Source: an uncultured Alphaproteobacteria bacterium
GTDB lineage: Bacteria; Pseudomonadota; Alphaproteobacteria; Rhizobiales; Xanthobacteraceae
Length of the DNA: 64,000 bases
Reading direction: 5' to 3'
NCBI GenBank assembly: GCA_963755055.1
Contig: CAVWIS010000004.1
Location: forward strand, 125,478 to 189,477
The position numbers and the translations under genes were made by a program. The notes below the pieces were generated by a model. That model searched no databases. It was not told the DNA's origin and saw only the letters and a program-made list of their open reading frames with translations. Numbering within the stretch: the stretch's first letter is position 1; each line of letters starts with the position of its first letter. Shown one piece after another: positions 19,714 to 30,170 of this stretch.

Positions 19714-20413
19714 TTACGCTCCGCGTCGCCCCGCCACCGGCAGCTTCGGCGATTTCGCCGGCCGCTCCGGCCCCCACACCCGGCTGTAATAACTGTCCGC
19801 CAGTTGCAGGGCCGCCAGCGGATTATGTCCAAGCACGCGGTCCTTGGCGACCAGCACCGTGCTCAGCGCCTTGGCGTATTTGAAGAACAGGCTGTCGTGA
19901 CCGATGCACAGTCCCATGACGATGTTGAATTCACAGCCATGCGCGCCCAATAGCTCCGCCTGCGCTATCGGATTGCACAGCGCCTCGAAATTGCCGGGGC
20001 GAATTTTCTGCGCGTCGCTGAGCCCTATCTCTTCCTTCGGAATACTTCCGTTCTTGCAGGCAACGGACACCGTCTCGAATCCATGATTCTCCAGGATGCC
20101 GCTCAGCACATAGGCGTGATCGACAAAACTGATGCAATTGGCGATGCCCAATTTTTTGTAGCCCATGCGCTTGGCGAACTGGATGATTTCTTCCACCCGC
20201 GTCCACTTGCAGTAACCCTCCGCCTCGACAGCGGCAGATTCCCGCGCAACACGCAGCGTCTCCGGATCATCGTAAAGGGCGCGCGCGACGGCTTGGGTTT
20301 CGGGGTCCACCTTGCTCGGGCAGAAGCCGGGGCCCCGGCTGTCGGCCTCCCCCTGGCGACAGGCGCGCACCGTGGCCGGGCAATAGGCGCAGGCGGGATC
20401 GGGGTAATCCATT
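19714..20413 (-). CDS. DUF1847 domain-containing metal-binding protein
   Basis: MDYPDPACAYCPATVRACRQGEADSRGPGFCP... Cys-rich N-terminus. ORF 19714..20634 trimmed to the ATG at 20413. Confidence 0.55.
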
Positions 20414-20724
20414 TTCGTTGAAAACCTCTTTATCCGACATTTCCGACGGCGACGTGGCCAGCGGCTTGCCCGTACAACTCGCAGCATCGACAAGACGTCC
20501 GAAACTCGGACGAGTGAACGTCGGGAGCGGCCGAGATGGGGTCTTGCCTTACTGATGCGACCCGCGAGGGTCGCTCCCGGCGTGCCGTTCGTGTGTTTGC
20601 CGCTATGCTGCAGCCCGAACGCATGTCGCAACAATCGCAGCGGCCCTTTGACCCGGTGGAACCATCGAAAGACCTCCTTGCTGCAAACGAATTTGTGTAG
20701 CAGTTAGCGGGGAAGAACTTTGAT

Positions 20725-21555
20725 CTATATCAATGAGAACCGTAACAGGTGGCTCGCGCCCCGCCAGAGCAGTACCCAGCCGAGGATGAAGAGGAGAATA
20801 TAGGTGATGCGGTAGAACTGCGCAGTCGGTACGCTCTTGACCATCCGGATGCCGGCGAAGTTCGCCAGCACGGCGATCGGCAACAGAGCGAGCGAGGTGG
20901 AGAAATTCTTTGCCGAAAACTGCGCGAGCATGAAATAGGGCACGATCTTCATTACGTTGACGGCGGCGAAAAAGATCGTGGTCGTGCCGACGAACACCAT
21001 CTTCGGCAACTGCTGCGGCAGTGTGTACATCTGATAGGGCGGCCCGCCGCCTTGGCTGGCGAAGGACGTGAAGCCGGAGACCGCGCCCCAAAACAGCCCG
21101 CTCGGCACGGTGCTCTTCTTCGGCGCCGCCTGCCCCGTGCGCAGCCAGGCGCTGGCGACAAAGGCGAGAGCGATGACGCCAATAAGGATCCGGATGGCGT
21201 CGTCCGACACATGGGATGCCAACAGCCAGCCAAGCGCCATGCCGATCGCCGCGCCTGGCAGCAGCACCTTCAGGTTCCAGGCGCTCCATTCGTGCCAATA
21301 GACATGAACCGAGATCGCGTCCTGGCAGATGAGGATCGGCAACAGCAGCGCAGCGGCCTCGAGCGGCGGGAGATAAAGCGCCAGCAGCGGCGTCGCCGCC
21401 GTCCCCACGCCGGAAAAGCCGCCCTTGGAGAGCCCAAGGAAAATCACCCCCGGAATGGCGACGGCATAGAACAGCGGCTCGGTGATGATCGGGGCCAACA
21501 TGCGTGCCGCAGACTTCTGGGAGATACGACTTTGACGGAAGGACGTCGCGTTCAT
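20725..21555 (-). CDS. Sulfite exporter TauE/SafE family membrane protein
   Basis: Repeated 4-TM halves with G-rich helices (GFSGVG..., ...GGGPPY...). Start is uncertain (ATG 21555 or 21501). Confidence 0.65.
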   Translation of the reverse strand: MNATSFRQSRISQKSAARMLAPIITEPLFYAVAIPGVIFLGLSKGGFSGVGTAATPLLALYLPPLEAAALLLPILICQDAISVHVYWHEWSAWNLKVLLPGAAIGMALGWLLASHVSDDAIRILIGVIALAFVASAWLRTGQAAPKKSTVPSGLFWGAVSGFTSFASQGGGPPYQMYTLPQQLPKMVFVGTTTIFFAAVNVMKIVPYFMLAQFSAKNFSTSLALLPIAVLANFAGIRMVKSVPTAQFYRITYILLFILGWVLLWRGASHLLRFSLI

Positions 21556-21722
21556 CAACTGCTGAGCTCGCCGACCGCTCCTATGTGGCACCCCCGTGCG
21601 TGCCAAGCGGCACGGCCATCTCTGTAGAAAGTTATTGCGATGTTGACAGCCACGCAACGCTGACGTTGCGTAGACACCTTCCAATGCGCGATTCCGTAGT
21701 CGCGCCAATCAAAGGTGATTTC

Positions 21723-22838
21723 ATGCTGCGTACGGCTATCGTGGGGCTCGGCTGGTGGGGAAAGTTGCTCGTCGGCTCGGTGCAGGGCAAGAGCGACCGC
21801 ATCAGGTTCACCGTGGGAAATACCCGCAGCCCGGCCAAGGCCGAGACGTTTTGTCGCGACAACGCCATCGAGCTCGTTGACGATTACGGCGCCGTGCTTG
21901 CCGATCCCGCCATCGACGCGGTCGTGCTCTCCACGCCGCACTCGCAACATGGCGATCAGATCAGGCGCGCGGCAGCGGCGGGCAAGCATGTGTTCGTCGA
22001 GAAGCCGTTCACGCTGAATAGCCGCGACGCCAGAGAGGCGCTGGCGTCTGCCGCCGAGGCAAAAATCGTTCTCGCAGTCGGGTTCAATCGGAGATTTCAT
22101 CCCTCGATGGCCGAGCTGCGAAACCGCGTGCGTGACGGACGGCTCGGCGTGATCGAAAGCTGCATCGTCGAGCAGACGGCGGGCGGCGGCGTCAACATCC
22201 AGCCGGGAGCCTGGCGTGCCGATCCGAGCGAAACGCCGGCCGGTGCGATGACCGGCATCGGCATCCATATCGTCGATGCGATGATCAGCCTGTTCGGGCG
22301 CGTCGGCGAGGTCCATTGCGTCACCACCCGGCGCGTCGCGCAGCATGTCGACGACACCACGGCGGTGCTGCTCAAATTCAAGAACGGCGTATCGGGGATG
22401 TTGTTCTGCTCGCTGACGACTGTTCCCAATTATCGTTTCGCCGTCTACGGATCGAAGGGTCTTGCCGAGATTCTCAAACCCACGCTCGAGGAATTCCGGT
22501 TCGCGCCGATGCCCGATCCGAAGGCCGGACACTTGGCGGTCATTCAGCCGGAGCTGGTGCACAATCCCGGATTCGACACGCTTCACGCCGAGCTCACCAC
22601 GTTCGCCGCCTGCGTCCGCGACCGCAAGCCCTATCCGGTTCCAACCGACGAGGTCCTGCATGGCGTCGAGGCGTTCGAGGCCATCGTCGAATCCGCCGCG
22701 GATCGGCAAGCCGGTGGCGATCGGATAAGAACAATTATTGCGCCGCGATCCGCCCTGCATCGGCGAGGAACAGACAGAGCCGAAGCGGTCGAACGAGACA
22801 GCAATATCGGCGCCGCCTTTCGCTTCGGACGTGCCTGA
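21723..22838 (+). CDS. Gfo/Idh/MocA-family NAD(P)-dependent oxidoreductase
   Basis: MLRTAIVGLGWWGK... Rossmann N-terminus, ...EKPFTLN... motif. Confidence 0.8.
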   Translation: MLRTAIVGLGWWGKLLVGSVQGKSDRIRFTVGNTRSPAKAETFCRDNAIELVDDYGAVLADPAIDAVVLSTPHSQHGDQIRRAAAAGKHVFVEKPFTLNSRDAREALASAAEAKIVLAVGFNRRFHPSMAELRNRVRDGRLGVIESCIVEQTAGGGVNIQPGAWRADPSETPAGAMTGIGIHIVDAMISLFGRVGEVHCVTTRRVAQHVDDTTAVLLKFKNGVSGMLFCSLTTVPNYRFAVYGSKGLAEILKPTLEEFRFAPMPDPKAGHLAVIQPELVHNPGFDTLHAELTTFAACVRDRKPYPVPTDEVLHGVEAFEAIVESAADRQAGGDRIRTIIAPRSALHRRGTDRAEAVERDSNIGAAFRFGRA

Positions 22839-22880
22839 ACCTTCGCTGACCGCGACGAAGGCGCGATCGGTGACATCGGC

Positions 22881-24647
22881 TTACCTCGCCGGGATGATCG
22901 GCAGGAGCAGGTAGGACCCGCGCGGGCCCCCGGTGTGAAGCGTTACCTTCCCGCCGAACACGTCCGGCGGCCGGTTGTCGGGATCGCTGTGGGTCATGCC
23001 GCCCGTGCCGCGGGTCGCATAATGGAATTTCTTGCCGAACTCGGACAGCTCGCCCTCGTACTCGTAGTCCTTGCCGCGTACCGTGAGCGCGACCTGCCAG
23101 CCCGCCGGCACCACGATTGAGCTCGTCACGATCTCCACATCGCATTCGGCGACCTCGCCCGGCGTCAGCGGCTCGACCCGGTCATGCGGGTGGTAGGGCC
23201 GGTAAGGTGTGCTCCGGCTCGGGTCGAGCCGGCGGTGCGAGACGCGCAGCCAGCCGTTGGCGATGGGCGTGTTGGGATCGGTCGAGCCCATGAAGGTGAG
23301 CTCCTTGCCTTGCGGGTCGAGCACGCGGACGATCAGGAAGAGGTCGGCGTCCCTGGTGGCGGACGAGACGAACAGTTTTGCCGCCATCGGCCCGGTGATC
23401 TCGGTGGCGTGCGCCATCGGCGCCATCCGGAACGTCAAGCCGTTGCCGAGCGCTTCGTACTCGATCTTCCCCTCCCGGGCGACGGGCTCGGGGCTGAGCG
23501 TCATGCCGGCGGGATCGAGGTAGAATTTCGTCCACTGCGTGCGGGCGAGCGGCCATTCGTTCTCGTGCCGCAGCACGAACTTCTCCCCGGGATGGCGGAC
23601 GTTGAGGGTCACCGGCGAGGTCTTCTCCCAGCCGTTGTCGATGCCCTTCAGGAAGTGATCGAAGAAGCGCTTCTGCAGCACCACCCCATAGCCGGAGGAG
23701 AACAGCGACCAGTGCGACTCGCCATGGACCTCGAGCCACTTCTGCTTCGACGCCGCCTCCATGAAGCCGTTGAAGTTGCCGCGCGGGTGGATGCCCTGAC
23801 CGCCCCAGTTGGCGCACGACAGCAGCGGCACTTCCACCTTGGAGAGGTCGGCGGAGCGCTGGCGGTGCCAGGCGTCATCGAGAGGGTGCTGCTTGGTCGC
23901 CTCGTAGGGATTGATGCGGTTGCGGGCGAGCTCCTCCGCGGAGAGCGTGACGGGGCCCGCCACCGACTCGCCGGTGTTGGGGTTCTTCTTCGCCCGCTCG
24001 CCCTGCCCGTACTGAATGTTGGCGACCTGGTGCTTTGCCCAGAGCTCCTGAAACTGGTTGAGGATGCCGCCGTGATACCCGAAATCGCGGTAGGCGTCAT
24101 TGAACCCTTCCCAGGGAATGATGGCGGCGAGGTGCGGCGGGTGCTTCGTCGCTACGGACCATTGGTTGATGGCATAGTACGAGATGCCGAGCATGCCGAC
24201 CTTGCCGTTGCTCCATGGCTGGGTGCCGGCCCACTCGATGCACTGATAGAGATCCTCGGTCTCGCGCGGAGATTGGGTATCCATCAGGTCGGGCGACCAG
24301 CCGGCGCCGCGCGAGTCGACACGGATCACGACGTAGCCGTGCGGGACCCAGCGCTCGGGATCGGTGACCTCCCAGTTCTGGTACTTGTTGGTCGAGCCAT
24401 CGAGGATCTCCGGATGATCCTCGACCATCTTGTTCCACTGGTGCGGATAGCCCTCCTGGTACGAAAGACCCTTGGCGTACACTCCGTAGGTGAGGATGAC
24501 CGGATAGCGGCCGTCCTCGATCGGACGGAAGACGTCGGCGCGCAGCACGAGGCCGTCGTCCATCGCGATCGGCTGGTGCCACGTGATCCGCATGCCGTCC
24601 CGCACCTCGGTGCGTGCCTCGACCTCGGCACTTCGAGCCAATGGCAT
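22881..24647 (-). CDS. CocE/NonD-family alpha/beta hydrolase (X-Pro dipeptidyl-peptidase S15-like), copy 1
   Basis: ...VILTYGVYAKG...VRVDSRGAGWS...: S15/CocE fold. Roughly 90 percent identical to the next gene. Confidence 0.75.
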   Translation of the reverse strand: MPLARSAEVEARTEVRDGMRITWHQPIAMDDGLVLRADVFRPIEDGRYPVILTYGVYAKGLSYQEGYPHQWNKMVEDHPEILDGSTNKYQNWEVTDPERWVPHGYVVIRVDSRGAGWSPDLMDTQSPRETEDLYQCIEWAGTQPWSNGKVGMLGISYYAINQWSVATKHPPHLAAIIPWEGFNDAYRDFGYHGGILNQFQELWAKHQVANIQYGQGERAKKNPNTGESVAGPVTLSAEELARNRINPYEATKQHPLDDAWHRQRSADLSKVEVPLLSCANWGGQGIHPRGNFNGFMEAASKQKWLEVHGESHWSLFSSGYGVVLQKRFFDHFLKGIDNGWEKTSPVTLNVRHPGEKFVLRHENEWPLARTQWTKFYLDPAGMTLSPEPVAREGKIEYEALGNGLTFRMAPMAHATEITGPMAAKLFVSSATRDADLFLIVRVLDPQGKELTFMGSTDPNTPIANGWLRVSHRRLDPSRSTPYRPYHPHDRVEPLTPGEVAECDVEIVTSSIVVPAGWQVALTVRGKDYEYEGELSEFGKKFHYATRGTGGMTHSDPDNRPPDVFGGKVTLHTGGPRGSYLLLPIIPAR

Positions 24648-24702
24648 TTGCTCCTCCTCACCTCAAAGGGATCGACACTGTGCTTTGTCGAAGCCGGTAT
24701 GC

Positions 24703-26463
24703 CTATTTCGCCGGGATGATCGGCAGGAGCAGGCAGGACCCGCGCGGACCCCCGGTGTGAAGCGTTACCTTCCCGCCGAACACGTCCGGCGGCCGGTTGT
24801 CGGGATCGCTGTGGGTCATGCCGCCCGTGCCGCGGGTCGCGTAATGGAATTTCTTGCCGAACTCGGACAGCTCGCCCTCGTACTCGTAGTCCTTGCCGCG
24901 TACCGTGAGCGCGACCTGCCAGCCCGCCGGCACCACGATTGAGCTCGTCACGATCTCCACATCGCATTCGGCGACCTCGCCCGGCGTCAGCGGCTCGACC
25001 CGGTCATGCGGGTGGAAGGGCCGGTAGGGTGTGCTCCGGCTCGGGTCGAGCCGGCGGTGCGAGACGCGCAGCCAGCCGTTGGCGATGGGCGTGTTGGGAT
25101 CGGTCGAGCCCATGAAGGTGAGCTCCTTGCCTTGCGGGTCGAGCACGCGGACGATCAGGAAGAGGTCGGCATCCCTGGTGGCGGACGAGACGAACAGTTT
25201 TGCCGCCATCGGCCCGGTGATCTCGGTGGCGTGCGCCATCGGCGCCATCCGGAACGTCAAGCCGTTGCCGAGCGCTTCGTACTCGATCTTCCCCTCCCGG
25301 GCGACGGGCTCGGGGCTGAGCGTCATGCCGGCAGGGTCGAGGTAGAATTTCGTCCACTGCGTGCGGGCGAGCGGCCATTCGTTCTCGTGCCGCAGCACGA
25401 ACTTCTCCCCGGGATGGCGGACGTTGAGGGTCACCGGCGGGGTCTTCTCCCAGCCGTTGTCGATGCCCTTCAGGAAGTGATCGAAGAAGCGCTTCTGCAG
25501 CGCCACGCCATAGCCGGAGGAGAACAGCGACCAGTGCGAGTCGCCGTGGACCTCGAGCCACTTCTGCTTCGACGGCGGCTCCATGAAGCCGTTGAAGTTG
25601 CCGCGCGGGTGGATGCCCTGACCGCCCCAGTTGGCGCAGGTCAACAGCGGCACTTCGACCTTGGAGAGGTCGGCGGAGTGCTCGCGGTGCCAATCGTCGA
25701 AGAGCGGATGCGCCTTCAATTGATCATAGACGTTGATGCGGTTCCTGGCGAGTTCGTCTTCGGAGAGCGTGACTGGCCCGGCCACCGACTCGCCGGTGTT
25801 GCGATTCCTCTTCGCCCGCTCGCCCAGTCCGTACTGGATGTTGGCGACCTGGTGCTTCCACCACAGCGCCTGAAACCCGCTGAGGATGCCGCCGTGGTAG
25901 CCGGAATCGCGATAGCGGTCGTTTTGCCCCTCCCAGGGAATGATGGCGGCGAGATGCGGCGGGTGCTTGGCGGCGACGCGCCACTGATTGCTCGCATAAT
26001 ACGAGATCCCGAGCATGCCGACCTTGCCGTTGCTCCATGGCCGGGTCCCGGCCCACTCGATGCACTGGTAGAGATCTTCGATCTCACGGGTGGAGTTCGG
26101 GTCCATGACCCCGGGCGACCAGCCGGCGCCGCGCGAGTCGACGCGGACCACGACGTAGCCGTGCGGGACCCAGCGCTCGGGATCGGTGACCTCCCAGTTC
26201 TGGTACTTGTTGGTCGACCCTTCGAGGATCTCCGGATGGTCCTCGACCATCTTGCTCCACTGGTGCGGATAGCCCTCCTGGTACGAAAGGCCCTTGGCAT
26301 ACACGCCGTAGGTGAGGATGACCGGATAGCGGCCGTCCTCGATCGGAGCAAAGACGTCGGCGCGCAGCACGAGACCGTCGTCCATCGCGATCGGCTGATG
26401 CCACGTGATCCGCATGCCGTCGCGCACCTCGGTGCGTGCCTCGACCTCGGACGATCGATCCAT
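24703..26463 (-). CDS. CocE/NonD-family alpha/beta hydrolase, copy 2 (tandem paralog)
   Basis: MDRSSEVEARTEVRDGMRITWHQPIAMDDGLVLRADVF..., near-identical to copy 1, including the 3' flank. Confidence 0.75.
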   Translation of the reverse strand: MDRSSEVEARTEVRDGMRITWHQPIAMDDGLVLRADVFAPIEDGRYPVILTYGVYAKGLSYQEGYPHQWSKMVEDHPEILEGSTNKYQNWEVTDPERWVPHGYVVVRVDSRGAGWSPGVMDPNSTREIEDLYQCIEWAGTRPWSNGKVGMLGISYYASNQWRVAAKHPPHLAAIIPWEGQNDRYRDSGYHGGILSGFQALWWKHQVANIQYGLGERAKRNRNTGESVAGPVTLSEDELARNRINVYDQLKAHPLFDDWHREHSADLSKVEVPLLTCANWGGQGIHPRGNFNGFMEPPSKQKWLEVHGDSHWSLFSSGYGVALQKRFFDHFLKGIDNGWEKTPPVTLNVRHPGEKFVLRHENEWPLARTQWTKFYLDPAGMTLSPEPVAREGKIEYEALGNGLTFRMAPMAHATEITGPMAAKLFVSSATRDADLFLIVRVLDPQGKELTFMGSTDPNTPIANGWLRVSHRRLDPSRSTPYRPFHPHDRVEPLTPGEVAECDVEIVTSSIVVPAGWQVALTVRGKDYEYEGELSEFGKKFHYATRGTGGMTHSDPDNRPPDVFGGKVTLHTGGPRGSCLLLPIIPAK

Positions 26464-26641
26464 GAACGTCCCTCCCTGATATATTCGCGTCCCCGCGTCG
26501 CGACGGACGTTAGAGCATTTTCGGGAAAAGCGGACACCGCTTTTCCGCAATGCCACCATGCATCGCGCCGCGTTATCTGGATTCAATCCAATCTGGCTTT
26601 CAGGTGAGCCAATCCGTGCATCATTTGGTGCTGCATTCGCC

Positions 26642-26665
26642 GCGCATTGACATTTCGCAATGCGC
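26642..26665. promoter_or_regulatory. Perfect palindrome GCGCATTG-N8-CAATGCGC in a divergent promoter region (candidate operator)
   Basis: Read directly from the sequence. Lies between the divergent CocE/NonD copy 2 and the MFS transporter, next to an unusually AT-rich stretch (26680-26717). Confidence 0.35.
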
Positions 26666-26792
26666 GGAGCGACTACGACATGAATGAGATATGATGAGAT
26701 AAAATCCAGAATAGAGGCTGACGGGCCGTTTTCGGCGGGGGTCGAGCGGCCGTGACCAGCCCGTCTTCAATCAATGAACTCGGGGGGAAACC

Positions 26793-28154
26793 GTGGCCAA
26801 GACAGCAACCATCAGTCCGGAGATCATCGGCCAGGCGATCGACAAGGCGCCGCCAACCAGACCATTGATCTTCATCGTCGGGGTCGCGGCGGCGGGATAT
26901 TTCTTCGACTCCTTCGACATCTCGATCATGTCCTACGCGCTGCCGAGCGTCGCCAAGGAGTTCCACCTGGCCCCGCAGCAGCTCGGGCTCGTGGGCTCGG
27001 CCGGGCTCGCCGGGATGGCGGTCGGCTCGTGGATCTGGGGCTTGATCGCCGATCGCTGGGGTCGTGCGCTGGTGTTTGCCGCCACTGTGCTCACGTTCTC
27101 GCTGTTTACCGGCGTGGCGGCGCTCGCCTATTCGGTCGGGTTCCTGATCGGGGCGCGCTTTCTGACGGGCCTCGGGCTCGGCGGGACGATCCCGGTCGAC
27201 AGTGCGCTTGTGGCGGAATACGCGCCGGCGCGGCTGCGGGGGCGGCTGGGCGGCTTGCTGCCGCTGGCATGGCCCATCGGGATCTTCGCGGCGGCGGGCG
27301 TCGGCCTCGCGGTGGTTCCGACGATCGGTTGGCGGTGGCTCTTCGTCATCGGGGCGCTGCCTGCCCTGCTGGCTTTCGCGATCCGCAGGGGCATTCCCGA
27401 GTCGCCGCGGTGGCTCGCGGGCCAGGGCCGCAATGACGAGGCGCGCCAATCCCTGCGTTACGTCGGCATCGACGACGAGATGCTGGAGCGCGCCAGGCTC
27501 GAGCTCGAGGCGATGCCGGCGCGGCCGGTCGTGCGGGAAGCCAGGATATCCGACCTGTTCAGCCGCGCCTATGCGCGTCGCGTCGTCCACACCTGGTCGA
27601 TGTGGTTCTTCTCGAGCCTGGGCAGCTGGGCCTTCATCGTCTGGCTCCCCACCGTGTACGCGACCGTCTATCATATCGAGCTCACGCGCACCCTGCTTTA
27701 CACGTTCATCGTGGCGGGCGCCTCGGTGGCCGGCCGCTTCGTGGCGCTCTGGCTCGTCGATCGCATCGGCCGCAAGCCGGTTATCGTCGGCGGCTTCCTG
27801 CTCGCGGGGATCGACGCCTGGCTTTTCAACCTGGCGACCACCGAGGCGACGCTGCTGGCGGTGGCGGTGACCTACGCTTTCTTTCAGGATCAGGGTGCGC
27901 TTGGAATGACGGTCTATACGCCGGAAGTCTACCCGCTTCGCATCCGCGGGATCGGCACCGCCTGCGCGATGGCGTGCGGGCGGATCGCCGGGGTGATCTC
28001 GCCGTTCGCGGTGGGCCTGATCATCGGCGCGCAGAACATAGCGCTGATGTGGTGGTTGATGGGGGCATGCGGGATCATCGCCGCCCTGATGTCGCTGTGG
28101 CTCGCGATCGAGACGCGCGGCGTGAACCTGGAGCGACTGTCCGAGGCGGCTTAG
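26793..28154 (+). CDS. MFS transporter (aromatic acid / metabolite:H+ symporter-like)
   Basis: 12-TM pattern, with MFS motif GxLaDRxGRR (GLIADRWGRA). Confidence 0.8.
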   Translation: MAKTATISPEIIGQAIDKAPPTRPLIFIVGVAAAGYFFDSFDISIMSYALPSVAKEFHLAPQQLGLVGSAGLAGMAVGSWIWGLIADRWGRALVFAATVLTFSLFTGVAALAYSVGFLIGARFLTGLGLGGTIPVDSALVAEYAPARLRGRLGGLLPLAWPIGIFAAAGVGLAVVPTIGWRWLFVIGALPALLAFAIRRGIPESPRWLAGQGRNDEARQSLRYVGIDDEMLERARLELEAMPARPVVREARISDLFSRAYARRVVHTWSMWFFSSLGSWAFIVWLPTVYATVYHIELTRTLLYTFIVAGASVAGRFVALWLVDRIGRKPVIVGGFLLAGIDAWLFNLATTEATLLAVAVTYAFFQDQGALGMTVYTPEVYPLRIRGIGTACAMACGRIAGVISPFAVGLIIGAQNIALMWWLMGACGIIAALMSLWLAIETRGVNLERLSEAA

Positions 28155-28214
28155 ATCCGATCTTCTGCTCCTTCGCCTGCTTCCTCCGGCTTATCAAAGA
28201 AATAACCTCTGCGC

Positions 28215-29228
28215 TCAGGCATCGCCCGGCGGTTTGAGCTGCGGCCGGATCCGGCTCATGAACAGCTCGAGCTGGCGCGGATCCGGCGTCATGAAGTTGA
28301 ACGTCACTTCCTCGACGCCGGCATCGATGCGGGCCTGGAACAGCGGCACCAGATCGTCGGGATGCCCCATCAGGTAGATCGGCGCCATGTCCTCGAAGCG
28401 GTTGTGGGTGAAGCGATGGAGAACGCCGGCGAGGCGTTCGTGCGTCGGCTCGAGATCGATGTGGACGTGATCGTGATGGGCGAGCCTGACGCTGCCGGGA
28501 TCGCGGCCCGCCAGCTTCATCTCCCCGGCGAGCAGCTCGCGGGTCTCCAGGATGCAGGACACGTCGCGCCCCGGTGCCGAGCGGTAGGCCGTCATCAGGC
28601 CCTGCCCGAGCCGCGCCGCCCGGCGGATCGAGGGCACCGGCGAGTAGCCCGGCCGAACCGTGATATGCCGGCTTTTCCCTGCCGGCACCGTGCCGCCGGC
28701 GAGCCAGACCGGCGGGTGCGGCTTCTGCAGCGGACGCGGCAGCAGCCGAATTTCCGGGACATCGAAGCAACGGCCCTGGTAGGCGAACGTGTCATGCGTC
28801 CACAGCCCGACGATGATATCGAGCATCTCGTCCATACGGCGGCCGCGCTCGGCAATGGCGACCTGCGATGCCTTGAACTCCGTCTCCGCCCAGCCCACAC
28901 CGACGCCGAAGACGAGACGGCCGCCGGACAGGAGATCGATGTTGGCGAACGTCTTGGCGGTGAGAACGGGGTCGCGGAGAGGAAGCACGAGGACGCCGGT
29001 GCCGATGGTGACGCGCCTGGTCGCGAGCGCGGCGAACGCCAGCGTCGTGGCCGGCTCGAGGAAGGCCGCCTTGTAGGACGGCGGAGCATCGAGCAGATGG
29101 TCGAACACCCAGATGCTGTCGAAGCCGAGCTCCTCCGCCAGCCGTGCGTAGTTTTGGAGGGCGGCGGCCGCAGGCGGAGGCTCGCCCGGATAGACATACG
29201 ATGGCAGAAAGACGCCGAACCGCAGCAT
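28215..29228 (-). CDS. LLM-class flavin-dependent oxidoreductase (luciferase-like monooxygenase)
   Basis: MLRFGVFLPSY...FDSIWVFDHL...LLSGGRLVFGVGVGW: TIM-barrel LLM signature. ORF 28215..29321 trimmed to the ATG at 29228. Confidence 0.75.
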   Translation of the reverse strand: MLRFGVFLPSYVYPGEPPPAAAALQNYARLAEELGFDSIWVFDHLLDAPPSYKAAFLEPATTLAFAALATRRVTIGTGVLVLPLRDPVLTAKTFANIDLLSGGRLVFGVGVGWAETEFKASQVAIAERGRRMDEMLDIIVGLWTHDTFAYQGRCFDVPEIRLLPRPLQKPHPPVWLAGGTVPAGKSRHITVRPGYSPVPSIRRAARLGQGLMTAYRSAPGRDVSCILETRELLAGEMKLAGRDPGSVRLAHHDHVHIDLEPTHERLAGVLHRFTHNRFEDMAPIYLMGHPDDLVPLFQARIDAGVEEVTFNFMTPDPRQLELFMSRIRPQLKPPGDA

Positions 29229-29313
29229 GCAGGGCTCCCCAGAAGTGGAGGTCGGGATCGAGGCGATCGCCTCGGGGCGCACATGTTCCGGTGAAGTGGA
29301 CACCGTTTCCGCC

Positions 29314-29341
29314 AAGAACATGCGCCATCGACGATTTTACC
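29314..29341 (+). promoter_or_regulatory. Conserved upstream motif AAGAACATGCG-N6-CGACGATTTTACC (copy 1 of 3), inside the IR GCGCACATGTTC...GAACATGCGC
   Basis: The same motif recurs at 31485-31512 and 34879-34904, each 85-98 bp upstream of a start codon. Confidence 0.4.
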
Positions 29342-29438
29342 TGTTACGATTGGCCGGCGGGGAGTTGTATTCTCTCCTGGTTCCAGCATTGCGAGGCGGA
29401 TTGGACGATCACCGCCGTCGATCCCGGAGACCAGCACG

Positions 29439-29672
29439 ATGGGGACAGGACGACGTTCGCGAACACTTCCGCTCTCGACGCTCCTGGCTGCCCTGCTGGC
29501 GGCGGGTCTTGCGATGTCGGTCCTCACGCAGCAGGCCGACGGCGGCGACGAGATCGAGACGCTGCGCCGGCACGCCTCCCAGCTCTCCCGGGAGGGCAGG
29601 TTCGCCGAGGCGGTGCCGATCTGGCGGCGTGCGCTCATGCTGGCGGAACGGCTGTCCGACATATTGCATTGA
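29439..29672 (+). pseudogene. Truncated paralog (first ~75 codons) of the secreted TPR protein gene at 31601
   Basis: About 85-90 percent nucleotide identity with 31450-31830, including the 5' UTR. Diverges at about 29650 into low-GC DNA and terminates (...MLAERLSDILH*). Confidence 0.6.
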
Positions 29673-30170
29673 AATTACAGCAGTCTTAGACACTATTCCG
29701 ATGAGACCTACGGTCTAACCTGCATTCCGGCCTGACCTTTGGAAGCTCTGCCCAGACATCGAATCGTGCGCAGCAGACGGCCGTGGCCGGACAACTGCCG
29801 GGACGTGACCGGCGGAGCGGCCGGGAACTACGACCGCGATTGTTGGACCACCCTTCCGCCGGGGCCTATCATGGGGCGATGGGTTCCAAGGCCGAACAGT
29901 TCCGATCGGCAAGCTCGAAATGCTGCGTGTCGAATGCGCAACGGCGAGCGTCGGTCGCTATCGAGTGGCGGCGTTCGCCGAGACGATCGGCCTCGACGGT
30001 TGGCTGACAAACTGGCTGCACGATCTAACGGCGGATTGCCTGCGCAAGAACTAGCCCGGACTTACGGGTGCGTGCGCCACACGGTGCCCGAACCTGTTGA
30101 AAGAGGCTATGACTCGACGGTATGAAACCGATACGGCTCAACGAGACTGCCAGACGACGGGGAAAACTAG

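Noticed and set aside
20414-20724. Assignment of the structured leader to a specific riboswitch class (SAM-II, cobalamin, TPP, Moco)
   Set aside because: None of the diagnostic conserved boxes of those classes could be found by eye.
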